Assembly (NCBI GenBank): GCA_963804995.1 | Contig: CAWDSK010000006.1 | Location: forward strand, 448,001 to 512,000 | Reading direction: 5' to 3' | Origin: an uncultured Acidobacteriota bacterium | GTDB taxonomy: Bacteria; Acidobacteriota; Terriglobia; UBA7540 | DNA: 64,000 bases | Shown: piece after piece, positions 48,159-57,976 of the stretch | Numbering within the stretch: the first letter of the stretch is position 1 | Layout: every line of letters starts with the position of its first letter | Translations under genes and position numbers: made by a program | The notes under the pieces: generated by a model | Database searches by the model: none | Told to the model about the DNA's origin: nothing | What the model saw: the letters and a program-made list of their open reading frames with translations, nothing else

Positions 48159-49154
48159 TCATTTCTGCTCGCCATTGGTTTTGGCAGCTCGTGTCTGATC
48201 GAACTCCTCGTAGGCGCGGATGATGCGCTGCACCAGGGTGTGCCGGACCACATCGCGTTCATTGAAATAGACGAAGCTGATGCCGGGGACCCTGACCACA
48301 ACTTCCACCGCTTCCACCAGGCCGGAGCGCCGCCCGTTTGGAAGGTCGATTTGCGTGACATCGCCCGTGATCACCGCCTTGGAATTAAACCCCAGGCGCG
48401 TCAGAAACATCTTCATCTGTTCGCTCGTGGTGTTCTGCGCTTCGTCCAGGATTACAAACGCGTCGTTCAGAGTTCGGCCGCGCATGAAGGCGATGGGCGC
48501 GATTTCGATGATGCTTTTCTCGATAAACCGGTCCACACGGTCGGGATCCAACACGTCGTACAGCGCATCGTAAAGCGGGCGCAAATAGGGATTCACTTTT
48601 TCCTGCAAGGTGCCCGGCAGGAATCCCAGGCGCTCGCCGGCCTCCACGGCCGGGCGCGCCAGGATGATGCGGCTGACCTCCTTGGTGAGCAACGCATCCA
48701 CCGCCATCGCCACGGCCAGATAGGTCTTGCCGGTCCCCGACGGGCCGATGCCAAACACCATGTCGTGCCGTTCGATCGAATCCACGTAGCTGCGCTGGTT
48801 CAAGCTCTTCGGGGTGATCGACTTCTTGCCGAAGGTCCGGGGACGCCCTGCTTCCGCCAGGCCTTTCAAGGTGGCCTCGGAGTCCTGAGTCATGATGCGC
48901 AGGAAGCCTTCGATTTCGGCACTCTCGAAACGCACTCCCTTTTCGAGCAGCTCCGAGTATTCCTCCACCAGACGCTGCGCCCGGCGCACGTTCGTCTCTT
49001 CACCTTCAAACTCCAGCGACTCTTCGGCCAAGTGGGCGGAAACCTGGAAGCATCGCTCCAGCAGTTTCAAGTTTACGTCGTAGGTGCCGACGAGCGTCTG
49101 GACTCCCTTTCGGATTCGGACACTGGTCATCATAGGGTTTGAAGTGTTAGGCAC
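48159..49154 (-). CDS. phoH: PhoH family ATPase
   Basis: GPSGTGKT, RPAVEAGERLGFLPG, MRGRT and DEAQN motifs. Confidence 0.93.
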   Translation of the reverse strand: MPNTSNPMMTSVRIRKGVQTLVGTYDVNLKLLERCFQVSAHLAEESLEFEGEETNVRRAQRLVEEYSELLEKGVRFESAEIEGFLRIMTQDSEATLKGLAEAGRPRTFGKKSITPKSLNQRSYVDSIERHDMVFGIGPSGTGKTYLAVAMAVDALLTKEVSRIILARPAVEAGERLGFLPGTLQEKVNPYLRPLYDALYDVLDPDRVDRFIEKSIIEIAPIAFMRGRTLNDAFVILDEAQNTTSEQMKMFLTRLGFNSKAVITGDVTQIDLPNGRRSGLVEAVEVVVRVPGISFVYFNERDVVRHTLVQRIIRAYEEFDQTRAAKTNGEQK

Positions 49155-49356
49155 GCCTCCATTTCAAAGGGTGCAAATGGCATGGGGTTCGGCAGACTGC
49201 CGCCGGTCGGCGTTAGTGGCAGGAAGATGCCTGTTCATTAATTCCTCAGTACGATAATCAATGCCGGGATGAAAGTCAATGTGGGAGCAATTTGGGTAGT
49301 GACGCATTTTGAAGTGCCACGGGCGTAGCGCCCCGATGCATCGGGGCCCGCGCTTG

Positions 49357-49686
49357 CTAATCCAAGTAAAACCAGCGGCCGATGGTACCGGCGATTAGCA
49401 GAAACAGCCCGATCATGACAAAGGCCAGTGCCAGCTTGTGAGGGTCACCGGGAGTCTTGGTGTCCGGACCCAGGGTAGCAAGCAACAGCACGCCAAGCAG
49501 GAGAACCATACCGCCCCCAACTTGCGCCTTTCGTCCGGTGCGGCTCTTGACCTCACTCATGCTTCGCGACCGCGGCAACTCTGGACCGGCGAACTCTTCG
49601 TATTGCCCCGTGTCCAGAGTCGTTCCACAGTGGGTGCACGAGCTGCTTCGTTCATCCACACCCTTCCCGCACTTGGGACAGAGCAT
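49357..49686 (-). CDS. Zinc-ribbon membrane protein
   Basis: MLCPKCG...CTHCG followed by two TM helices; GGAG ribosome-binding site. Confidence 0.7.
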   Translation of the reverse strand: MLCPKCGKGVDERSSSCTHCGTTLDTGQYEEFAGPELPRSRSMSEVKSRTGRKAQVGGGMVLLLGVLLLATLGPDTKTPGDPHKLALAFVMIGLFLLIAGTIGRWFYLD

Positions 49687-49771
49687 CTCCTCTCCTCCAC
49701 GGTGATCTTCTTCGCACTCCCGCCCCAAAACTTCGAATCCAGCGCACTGCTTACAATCAGCAGGAGTAGCG

Positions 49772-51684
49772 GTTGCGGTAGGGATACCGGTTACCCGGTA
49801 CCCCCCGCACGGATCCGTACGTGCGCTGGTTAGCGCATACGGCTCTTATCTCGGATGTGTGGCGGCGAACCGTTGGGATGGCCAAGGATGCACAACGTGC
49901 GGAGCAGGCAACCAGCAGGCCGCAAGCTTCCCCAGTCGGTCCCAGTTGAGGCGGTGGCGTTGACTGCGTTGACGCAGTTGTGTTCGCCACAGTCGGGTCA
50001 ACCGTTCCCGAAAGATTCGCAGGCGGTCGAGGTTTCCCGGTACCGCGTGATAGTTGAAGTAGCCTTGCACGACCGACCGGAGCCATTTACCCGTATCCGC
50101 GATGGGATCGTGCCGACGCTGCCGGAGTTGTTGCTTGAGTTCCTGCAACTTCCCCCGCAGGCGCTTGCTGATCGTCTTCCGCTTCACGGTAAATTGCCCC
50201 CTCCGGTTCTTCCCGCTGATATGCGTGAAGCCCAGAAAGTCGAACGTCTCCGGCTTACCTTCTCCTCTCCGTTTCCGGTAAAGTTCGGCAAACGGCCCGA
50301 ACTCGATCCGGCGCGTTTTGTCAGGATGCAGTTCCAATCCAAACTTCCCCACCCGCTCCCGGAAATCCTCCAGAAAGCGGTCGGCTTCCGTCTGCGATTG
50401 GAATCCAAGGACCGTATCGTCGGCATACCGCACCACGACCACGTCTCCCCGGGCGTGCTTCTTGCGCCACGCCTGCACCCACAGGTCAAAGACGTAGTGC
50501 AGATAGATATTCGCCAGCAGGGGCGAGACCACCGCCCCTTGTGGCGTACCCATCTCCGTCTCCGACCATTCGCCTTCCTCCCTCACCCCGGCTTTCAGCC
50601 ATTTCTGGATGAGCCGGAGAATCCGGGGGTCGGCGACGCGATGCTGCACGAACTTGAGCATCCATTCGTGGGATATCGAATCGAAAAATCCACGAATGTC
50701 CGCGTCAAGAACGTAGTTCACGTGCTTCACCGTGAGCGCGTACGAGAGCGCGTCCAGCGCTTGATGCTGGCTGCGTCCCGGTCGAAAGCCATACGAGAAG
50801 CCCAGAAAGTCTTCCTCGTAAATCGCATTGAGGATGGTGACCACGGCCTGTTGGACGATCTTGTCCTCCAGTGCCGCAACCCCCAACGGACGTTGCCGCC
50901 CGTCGCCTTTCGGGATATACGCCCTTCGCGAGGGCTTCGCTCGGAATGCTCCGCGGTGGACCCGGCTGTGCAGATCGACGAGTCGACCTTCCAGCCCGCT
51001 TTCATACTCCTGCCACGTCATGCCGTCTACTCCCGGTGCAGCTTTTCGCTTCAAGGCGTAAAAGCTTTCCCGCAGCAGATCGACCGTTAAGTGGTGGAGC
51101 AAGGCCGTGAACTTCATCTCCCTGTGTTCCTTCGCGGCTTTCCGCACACCCGCGAGTCCCTGGGACACGCGTGCCCCGCTCTGTGTCGGGTGCGTGTTAG
51201 GCCAACGGGTGTTCTCCTTGATCAGCGGCCTTCCCTCCTCATTCTCCGCCAACGGCTTCCCGTCTTTGTTCAAATGATTCATCGGTACTGTTCCGCTGTC
51301 CGACTCCTCGAAAGCGTGCAGGCGGGCTGTACGGCCATCGCCTTTTCCCGCCGTCCGGCCACGATCTACGGCGGCCGGCGCCTCCGAGGTCTCCCGGTTC
51401 TCGTGCAGAAAGTGTCTAGGCGTGTCTGGGGTCTACGACTACGCAGGACTGTGCCGGAACTCGCGTTGGCGTCCCGGCCTCATGTTGCCTTCCGTTTAGT
51501 CTGAAAACGTCGGCGTCCTGATTGGACATTTTCGAAGCTCAATACCCAGCCCACCTATTCCCCTGTTTACGCTTCACCGTGCGCCTCACGACGCCCAGCG
51601 CAAAACTCGGGGCCGAGTGGATCGCTGCTCCTTCCTCGTGAGAAATTTTCATTCTCTGCTTTCTGCCGGTTTATCCCGGCGCAC
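49772..51684 (-). mobile_element. Complete group II intron (about 1.9 kb)
   Basis: 5' end GTGCG at 51684; domain V GAGCCGTATGCG...CGCACGTACGGATC; domain VI ending CTACCGCAAC at 49772; internal RT ORF. Confidence 0.92.
49846..51282 (-). CDS. ltrA: Group II intron reverse transcriptase/maturase, without an endonuclease domain
   Basis: APGVDG, RPLG, FSYGFRP, GTPQG, RYADD, FDFLG and the X domain GYFNYH. Confidence 0.95.
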   Translation of the reverse strand: MNHLNKDGKPLAENEEGRPLIKENTRWPNTHPTQSGARVSQGLAGVRKAAKEHREMKFTALLHHLTVDLLRESFYALKRKAAPGVDGMTWQEYESGLEGRLVDLHSRVHRGAFRAKPSRRAYIPKGDGRQRPLGVAALEDKIVQQAVVTILNAIYEEDFLGFSYGFRPGRSQHQALDALSYALTVKHVNYVLDADIRGFFDSISHEWMLKFVQHRVADPRILRLIQKWLKAGVREEGEWSETEMGTPQGAVVSPLLANIYLHYVFDLWVQAWRKKHARGDVVVVRYADDTVLGFQSQTEADRFLEDFRERVGKFGLELHPDKTRRIEFGPFAELYRKRRGEGKPETFDFLGFTHISGKNRRGQFTVKRKTISKRLRGKLQELKQQLRQRRHDPIADTGKWLRSVVQGYFNYHAVPGNLDRLRIFRERLTRLWRTQLRQRSQRHRLNWDRLGKLAACWLPAPHVVHPWPSQRFAATHPR

Positions 51685-51727
51685 CAGACCCCCGCCCTAT
51701 GGGGTCTGCGCCAGCCCGAGTGACCCC

Positions 51728-52814
51728 TCACAGAATCAACATGCAATCCCCATAGCTGTAAAAGCGATAGCGGGCGTCAACCGCGTGCTGGTAAGCACGC
51801 AGCACGAAGTCTTTGCCGGCCAACGCGGAAACCAGCATGAGCAAGGTCGACTGGGGAAGATGGAAATTGGTGAGCAGTCCGCGCACCACTTGGAATTTGT
51901 ACCCCGGGGTGATGAAGAGATTCGTTTCACCGCCGCCGGCCTGGATCCGACCGCCGTGCTCGCGCGCCACGTGTTCGAGGGTACGGACGCTGGTGGTTCC
52001 AACCGCGATCACACGACGGTGTCCATCCAGGGCCTTGTTAATAGCTGCCGCAGCCGTGCCTGAAACCTCGTAGCGCTCCGCCTCCATCCGATGGTCTTCC
52101 ACGCGCTCAGTGCGCACCGGCTGGAAAGTCCCCAGTCCCACATGCAACGTAATCTCGCAGGCCTCAATTCCACACACGGCGAGGGCGCCTAGCACCTGCG
52201 GGGTGAAATGAAGGCCCGCCGTCGGCGCCGCCACCGCACCGCGTACCTTGGCGTAAATGGTCTGGTACGTGGTACGGTCGCCCGGTTCGTCGCTGCGGTG
52301 AATGTAGGGCGGTAGCGGTACATGGCCCAGACGGTCGAGGGTTTCTTCGATGGTCCCCTGCCGCGCCCGCAGCCTGACCCGGCGCACCCCATAGTCGCCG
52401 CGATCCAGGACTTCCGCTTCCAACTCGTCATCGCCAAATACCAGCACCTCTCCCGTGCGCACCTTTCGCCCGGGATGAACCAGCCCCTGCCAAATGTCCT
52501 CACTTTCCTGCCGAGTCAACATCAGCTCGGTTTCGCCGGTCAGGAACTCACGAACCGTGGGATTATTCTTTCCAACCTTCTGTGCGGTCAGCCCCCGCCG
52601 GCGCCCCAGCAGCCGGGCCGGAAACACCTTCGTGTTGTTGAACACCAGTAAATCACCAGGTGCGAGGATTTGAGAGATCTCGCGGAATGACCGGTCTTCA
52701 AAGCTTTGCGCCGTACGGTCAAGCATCAACATGCGGGAGGCGTTCGCGCCCGGCGAGCGGCCTTTGCGCGATGAGTTCGGTGGGCAATGCGTAGTCGAAT
52801 TCTTTGAGAAGCAT
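51728..52814 (-). CDS. queA: S-adenosylmethionine:tRNA ribosyltransferase-isomerase, with a +1 frameshift at about 52743
   Basis: MLLKEFDYALPTELIAQRP joins DASRMLML when one base is removed; PLPPYI, AAPTAGLHF and RFYSYGD motifs. Confidence 0.93.
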
Positions 52815-52925
52815 CCTGGAGGAATTATGGATTATGAAGGGTGAATTATGAATACGTTTCTGGGGCCCAGAAGCATTTCACCACAAAAACCACAGCACGA
52901 CCGAGCCTCAACCAAATGTCGGCTG

Positions 52926-53172
52926 GCAAAGTGCCCCCTCACCCGGCGGCACATGGCCGCCACCCTCTCCCCTCGGAGAGGGCGGTTCACTTTCAACCTT
53001 CTCCATGGGGAGAAGGTGCTGAGGTACGAAGCGGATGAGGGGTTTCTTGTATCGAAGTCGCAGGTAGCGCGGAGGTAGGCGCAGTTTGCCTTCCTTCCCG
53101 GCCCTTCCGAATGATGAAGAGAGACACCGAAGAACCGCGGAGGAACGCAAAAGACGCGCACCTCCACGCTAC
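52926..53172. repeat. CCCTCACCC-type dispersed repeat (copy of 32020-32144) followed by a GTAG REPIN (53064-53172)
   Basis: About 120 bp nearly identical to 32020-32144; GTAGCGCGGAGG...CCTCCACGCTAC. Confidence 0.8.
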
Positions 53173-53200
53173 CTACCTGCTTATGTGATAGAGTGACGAA

Positions 53201-54367
53201 ATGAGTTTCCCCTCGGTGACCATCACAACGCGAGGCATCGAGCGCCTCACCTCCGGCCATCTATGGATTTATCGCACCGATGTAGACGACGCCACTGGGG
53301 CCGAGCCCGGCGCGATCGTGCGCCTGCTGGATCGCAAAAAACACTTCTGGGGGCAGGCCCTTTACAGCAGCACTTCCCAAATCGCCTTGCGACTTCTGAC
53401 CCGGGAGAAGCGGCCCTTTGACGAGGCGTTTCTCGCGGAGCGCATCCTCGCCGCCGCGTCTTTTCGCCGGCAGGTCACCGCAGGAGCGCAAGCCTATCGG
53501 TTGGTGGGCTCCGAAGGCGATCTGCTGCCCTCGCTCATCATCGACCGCTACGCCGCCTGTTATGTTATTCAGACGCTCAGCCAGGGCATGGAGCGTTTGA
53601 AACCCGCCATCGTCGAAATCCTCAAGCGGGAGCTTACCGCCCTCTCCGTCATCGAACGCAATGACGCGGCGGTGCGGGCCTTGGAGGGCCTGCCGGAACA
53701 GGTTGGCGTGCTGGCGGGCGACGAAATCCGCGAAGTGGTGGTGGAAGAAAACGGCGTGAAGTTTTGCTTTGACCTGCTGCACGGGCAGAAGACCGGCGGC
53801 TTTCTCGACCAGCGTGAGAATCGCGCCGCAGCCGCCCATTACGCGCATGGGCGAGCCCTTGATTGCTTCACGTACACGGGAGGCTTTGCCCTTACGCTGG
53901 CATCGAAATGTGGATCAGTCCTGGGGGTGGATAGTTCAGCCGAGGCGCTCGCTAGCGCCCGGCGCAACCAGGACCTGAACAGGTTCGCAAATGTGGAGTG
54001 GAAGGAAGCCAATTGTTTCGACTATCTCAAAGCCGCCGATCAGGAAAAGCAGCGCTTCGATACCGTGGTGCTCGATCCTCCCGCCTTCGCACGGCAGAAA
54101 TCCAACCTGGAATCGGCGCTGCGCGGCTACAAGGAATTGAACCTGCGCGCGCTGAAGATTTTGAACCCCGGGGGTTATCTCATCACGTGTTCGTGCTCCT
54201 ACCATGTGAGTGAGGCTGACTTGCTGGAAGTGCTCGCCAGCGCCGCGCTCGACGCCCACCGCACCCTCTCGATCGTTGAGCGTCGCACCCAGTCACGCGA
54301 CCATCCCATCCTGCTCACGGTTCCGGAGACGCATTACTTGAAGTGTGTAATCCTGAGGGTGCTGTGA
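53201..54367 (+). CDS. RlmI/RlmK-like SAM-dependent rRNA methyltransferase
   Basis: PUA-like GHLWIY, GQKTGGFLDQR, LDPPAF and DHP...PETHYLK motifs. Confidence 0.9.
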   Translation: MSFPSVTITTRGIERLTSGHLWIYRTDVDDATGAEPGAIVRLLDRKKHFWGQALYSSTSQIALRLLTREKRPFDEAFLAERILAAASFRRQVTAGAQAYRLVGSEGDLLPSLIIDRYAACYVIQTLSQGMERLKPAIVEILKRELTALSVIERNDAAVRALEGLPEQVGVLAGDEIREVVVEENGVKFCFDLLHGQKTGGFLDQRENRAAAAHYAHGRALDCFTYTGGFALTLASKCGSVLGVDSSAEALASARRNQDLNRFANVEWKEANCFDYLKAADQEKQRFDTVVLDPPAFARQKSNLESALRGYKELNLRALKILNPGGYLITCSCSYHVSEADLLEVLASAALDAHRTLSIVERRTQSRDHPILLTVPETHYLKCVILRVL

Positions 54368-54422
54368 GGAGAGGGAAATGCCATACCTAATGCTGGTCTC
54401 AAGTATGGTATGATGAGACATC

Positions 54423-54626
54423 ATGGAAACCGCACGCAAGATTACCGTGGAGGTACCGGTCGAGCTTCTCGAGAAGGCGCAGCGAGCGAGTGGCGCCGGT
54501 ATCACCCAGACTGTCCGTACCGGTCTTCGCCTGCTGGCGGCGTCGCGGACCTACGATCGCCTGCGCCAACTCCGAGGCGCCGTTCGGTTCACACGCACTG
54601 TGGCGGAACTGAAGGCCGACCGATGA
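54423..54626 (+). CDS. VapB-like antitoxin
   Basis: Small ribbon-helix-helix-like protein (RKITVEVPVELL) with an ATGA overlap to the PIN toxin. Confidence 0.75.
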   Translation: METARKITVEVPVELLEKAQRASGAGITQTVRTGLRLLAASRTYDRLRQLRGAVRFTRTVAELKADR

Positions 54627-55016
54627 TCGCGGCAGACACGAGTACATGGGTTGCCTTTCTGGAAGGCGGCACAGGCAAAGATGTAGAACTGCTCGACAGG
54701 GCGCTGGAAGAGCGGCAGGTGCTGATGGCGCCGGTTGTGCTCACCGAGTTGTTGAGCGATCCGAAGCTTCCTTCCGACGTGGCCAAAACTCTCTCCGACG
54801 TGCCCTCGGATCGAAATCGGAGAGGGCTATTGGCAACGGGCCGGACTATTGCGCGCGAAGGTATTGGCCAAGCGCCGTAAGGCGCGCCTCGGAGACGCCC
54901 TGATTGCCCAGAGCTGTATTGATCAAGCTGTTTCCCTCCTCACGCGAGACCGGGACTTCGGGACCTTCGCCGAGGCCGCAGGCCTCGATCTTGTATTTGG
55001 CTTCGGAACTCACTGA
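54623..55016 (+). CDS. VapC/PIN-domain toxin, with a +1 frameshift at about 54808
   Basis: MIAADTSTW...TELL continues in the shifted frame as ...DALIAQSC...LLTRDRDF. Confidence 0.85.
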
Positions 55017-55084
55017 CCCCATCAACCTCGACGGAAACCTCAACGCTATACACGTATAGCGCGTACGAGTTATGATGACCAAGT

Positions 55085-55141
55085 GTAGCGCGGACCTGTT
55101 GTGTAGGTCCGGGGCTTTTCGAATATGGGACAAACCGCTAC
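55085..55141. repeat. GTAG REP palindrome
   Basis: GTAGCGCGGACCTGTTGTGTAGGTCCG, the same family as 31931. Confidence 0.7.
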
Positions 55142-55202
55142 CCCTGCTTTTTTCAAGGCCTTTTCAGGGTTAGACTGTTGAGGTCTGAGGAGGACTACAT
55201 TT

Positions 55203-55436
55203 GTGAAGAGCTATGTATTCAAAGTCGTTGTCGAACCGGACGATGACAAGTGGCACGCGTGTGTTCCGGAACTTGAGAGCCGCGGGGCGGCAACCTGGGG
55301 GAAAACTCGCGAAGAGGCCCTTCAAAACATCCAAGAGGTGGCCCAAATGGTTATCGAGGAAATACTGGAGGATGGCGAGCCCATCCCCGTCGGGGTGACG
55401 GTATATGAAGAGCCGCGCGTTGCCGTAACCATATGA
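55203..55436 (+). CDS. HicB-like antitoxin
   Basis: ACVPEL...TWGKTREEALQNIQE...GEPIP pattern. Confidence 0.88.
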   Translation: MKSYVFKVVVEPDDDKWHACVPELESRGAATWGKTREEALQNIQEVAQMVIEEILEDGEPIPVGVTVYEEPRVAVTI

Positions 55437-55684
55437 CGGCGGTCGATTACAGCCGCCTGCGGTCGCTCACCGCTCGGCGTCTGGTTGCTGCCCTCCTGCG
55501 AGATGGGTTTGTTATGGCTCGCCAAACGGGAAGCCACCGACACTACAAACAGCCGGACGGCAGACGAGTGACAGTTAGTTTTCATCATCCCTCAGATACG
55601 TTCCCATTGAAGACACTCCGAAGCATGGTTGAGATACAGGCCCGATGGCAAACAGAGGATTTGGAACGTCTCGATTTGTTGTGA
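55433..55684 (+). CDS. HicA-like mRNA interferase
   Basis: GFVMARQTGSH motif; ATGA overlap with hicB. Confidence 0.88.
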   Translation: MTAVDYSRLRSLTARRLVAALLRDGFVMARQTGSHRHYKQPDGRRVTVSFHHPSDTFPLKTLRSMVEIQARWQTEDLERLDLL

Positions 55685-56842
55685 TGGCGGGCTTGGCGGG
55701 AGTAACGTGGCTCTTGCTGGCGGCGCCGGCTGCAAACCAGACCAACACCCCCGATCTGAAATTGCTGGTCTCCACCGACCAGCAAATGCTTGTCGAACCC
55801 TACCCGGCGCGGATCACCCTACACCTTCACAATGCTTCGTCGCGTACGCTCTGGCTCTATCGGCGGGCCAAGGGCAAGCACCCACCGGTCGAGCGGCCCT
55901 TCGAAGAGAATCGTCCGGTGGAGACTACTGGCGGTTCCACCGTAGAGGTCGCCCTGCAACCCGCGGATCCGAAGGCTGTGCAAGCTGCGGTTTCAGCGCC
56001 GGTGGTGAAGGTGCTCGAATACGTTGGGTTACCGAAGCCGAAGCTTATCAAGCTGGCAGCCGGGGAGGATTACGAAGAGCGGGCCATCGTGCACTGGGAG
56101 CCCGCGCTGGCCGAGGGCCGGCAGCCCCTCTGGGGAGCGTACCGGCTGGCTGTGACCTACGGCGCTAGCTTTTCCACGGCCAACGAATTTCAGAACAATT
56201 TGGGCGCCACTCTCTGGCAGGGTGAGGTTTCGAGCAACTCGCTCGATGTTGAGCTGCGCCCGGCTTTGCCCGATAGCGTGGGAGCAGTAGCGGGAACGGC
56301 GGTGGGGCAGGACCTGCGGCCGCGCGAGGGAATCAGGGTCTCACTCAGTAACGACAAGGAGCAGTTGATCCATCAGGAAATCACCGGGGTGGATGGGACC
56401 TATGCTTTCGATCACCTACCGCTCGGCCTCTATTGGGTCACGGGAAGGCGCGATGACTCGACAGAGGACACCGCGACTTTTCACCACGTGGAGCTGACGT
56501 CCGCATCACCCAGTGTGAGCGACCAAATTGTGCTGTACCCCCCGGAAATTTACCAAGCGGTGAAACTCCAGCACAAACCTGTACTCTTCAAGGTTGTTGA
56601 CCCGCAGGGCAAGCCGGTCGACAAGATCACACTCGATGCCACCTGGTCGAATGGGCCGGTGCTCGATGATGTCAAGGCCACGACCGACACAGAGGGCTTC
56701 GCGCTGATGGAACTGCTCCCCGCCCGCAATTTTGTGACCCTCAAGCGCCATGGCTGCGCCGATCAGCAGGAACGCGCGGAACGTCGTGCCGGGTGAAGGT
56801 GCAGACAGTTTCAAGCTACAATTTGAATGCGCGAAGAAATGA
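55645..56842 (+). CDS. Secreted protein with carboxypeptidase-regulatory-like (transthyretin-like) beta domains; probable +1 frameshift at about 56780
   Basis: Signal peptide, DGTYAFDHLPLGLYWV and TDTEG motifs. Removing one A extends the protein to ...DSFKLQFECAKK*. Confidence 0.7.
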
Positions 56843-56895
56843 AAGAGGATCGAGACGGGCAGAGTGCCGCGCAAGGCTACCTCACCGGCTGGCTT

Positions 56896-56927
56896 AATCC
56901 AAAATCCAAAATCTAAAATCCAAAATC
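56896..56927 (+). repeat. Heptamer tandem repeat (AATCCAA)
   Basis: aatccaa aatccaa aatctaa aatccaa aatc. Confidence 0.75.
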
Positions 56928-57975
56928 ACATCAGCCCCTGCATTACCTGATCCAGAACTTCCTTGGGCGGGCGCACTTTCGATTCCGGCAGAGTAGCCAG
57001 CGGCTCTTCCGTCACATTCAACAAGTCGATGAAGTTCGGCCGTTGGGTGTCGACATAGAAGAGCCCCGTAACAATCTCCCCCTTGTCGTGGGAATCGGAG
57101 AGTGACCGCAGCGCCTCACCTTTGTTCGTGGGGTCGTAGTCGGTTGCGAGCTTACGCAGCAGCACGTGCGAGCCGTCGTGCAAGGTGATATCGGTGGTCG
57201 TGCCCGGGTCATACTCCACGTTTATTTCTTCGAAGAACGGAACAAAGGTCACGTCCGTGATGGGCTCGTCGTGATCCTTTACGTAGCTGTAGGATTTGGT
57301 GGACCCCTCGTGGTCGTTAAAGGTGACACAGGGCGAAATCACGTCGAGCATGGAAGTGCCGTGATGGGAGAGCGCCCCCTTGAGAAGGGCGGATAGTTGC
57401 TTCTTGTCACCTGAGAACGATCGCGCGACGTAAGTGGCGCCGAGCTCGATCGCGAGCGCGCAGGTGTCGATAGGCGGCAGGTCGTTCACAACTCCCGTCT
57501 TCAGTTTGGAGCCGAGGTCGGCAGTGGCGGAGAACTGGCCCTTGGTCAGACCGTAGCATCCGTTGTCCTCAATGATGTAAATAATCGGCAGGTTGCGCCG
57601 CATCAGGTGCACGAACTGCCCGATGCCGATGGAGGCGGTGTCGCCGTCGCCGCTCACCCCCATGGCAATCAGATTATGATTGGCGAGCAGGGCGCCGGTG
57701 GCTACAGACGGCATGCGCCCGTGGACCGCGTTCACGCCGTAAGCGGTGTTCAGGAAGTAGGCGGGGCTTTTCGACGAGCAGCCGATTCCGGAGAGCTTGG
57801 CCACGCGGTGCGGTTCGATGCCCAGATCAAAGCAGGCTTCGATGATGCGCTCCGATATGGCATTGTGCCCGCAGCCCGCGCACAAGGTGCTCTTGTTGCC
57901 TTTGTATTGGGCAACCTCCAGACCTATGCGGTTGGTTTTTGCGGACGGGGCAGATGGAACGGTGGTCGTGGCCAT
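56926..57975 (-). CDS. korB: 2-oxoacid:ferredoxin oxidoreductase subunit beta
   Basis: CAGCGH, SGIGCS, GDGD and SPCVTF motifs. Confidence 0.92.
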   Translation of the reverse strand: MATTTVPSAPSAKTNRIGLEVAQYKGNKSTLCAGCGHNAISERIIEACFDLGIEPHRVAKLSGIGCSSKSPAYFLNTAYGVNAVHGRMPSVATGALLANHNLIAMGVSGDGDTASIGIGQFVHLMRRNLPIIYIIEDNGCYGLTKGQFSATADLGSKLKTGVVNDLPPIDTCALAIELGATYVARSFSGDKKQLSALLKGALSHHGTSMLDVISPCVTFNDHEGSTKSYSYVKDHDEPITDVTFVPFFEEINVEYDPGTTTDITLHDGSHVLLRKLATDYDPTNKGEALRSLSDSHDKGEIVTGLFYVDTQRPNFIDLLNVTEEPLATLPESKVRPPKEVLDQVMQGLM

Positions 57976-57976
57976 T

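Noticed and set aside
47766..51090. Long plus-strand ORFs 47766..49142 and 49855..51090, and similar antisense ORFs elsewhere
   Set aside because: They are shadow ORFs opposite well-supported genes in GC-rich DNA and have no recognisable motifs.
49846..51282. Retron, DGR or defence-associated reverse transcriptase
   Set aside because: It has a maturase X domain and complete group II intron boundaries (GTGCG, domains V and VI).
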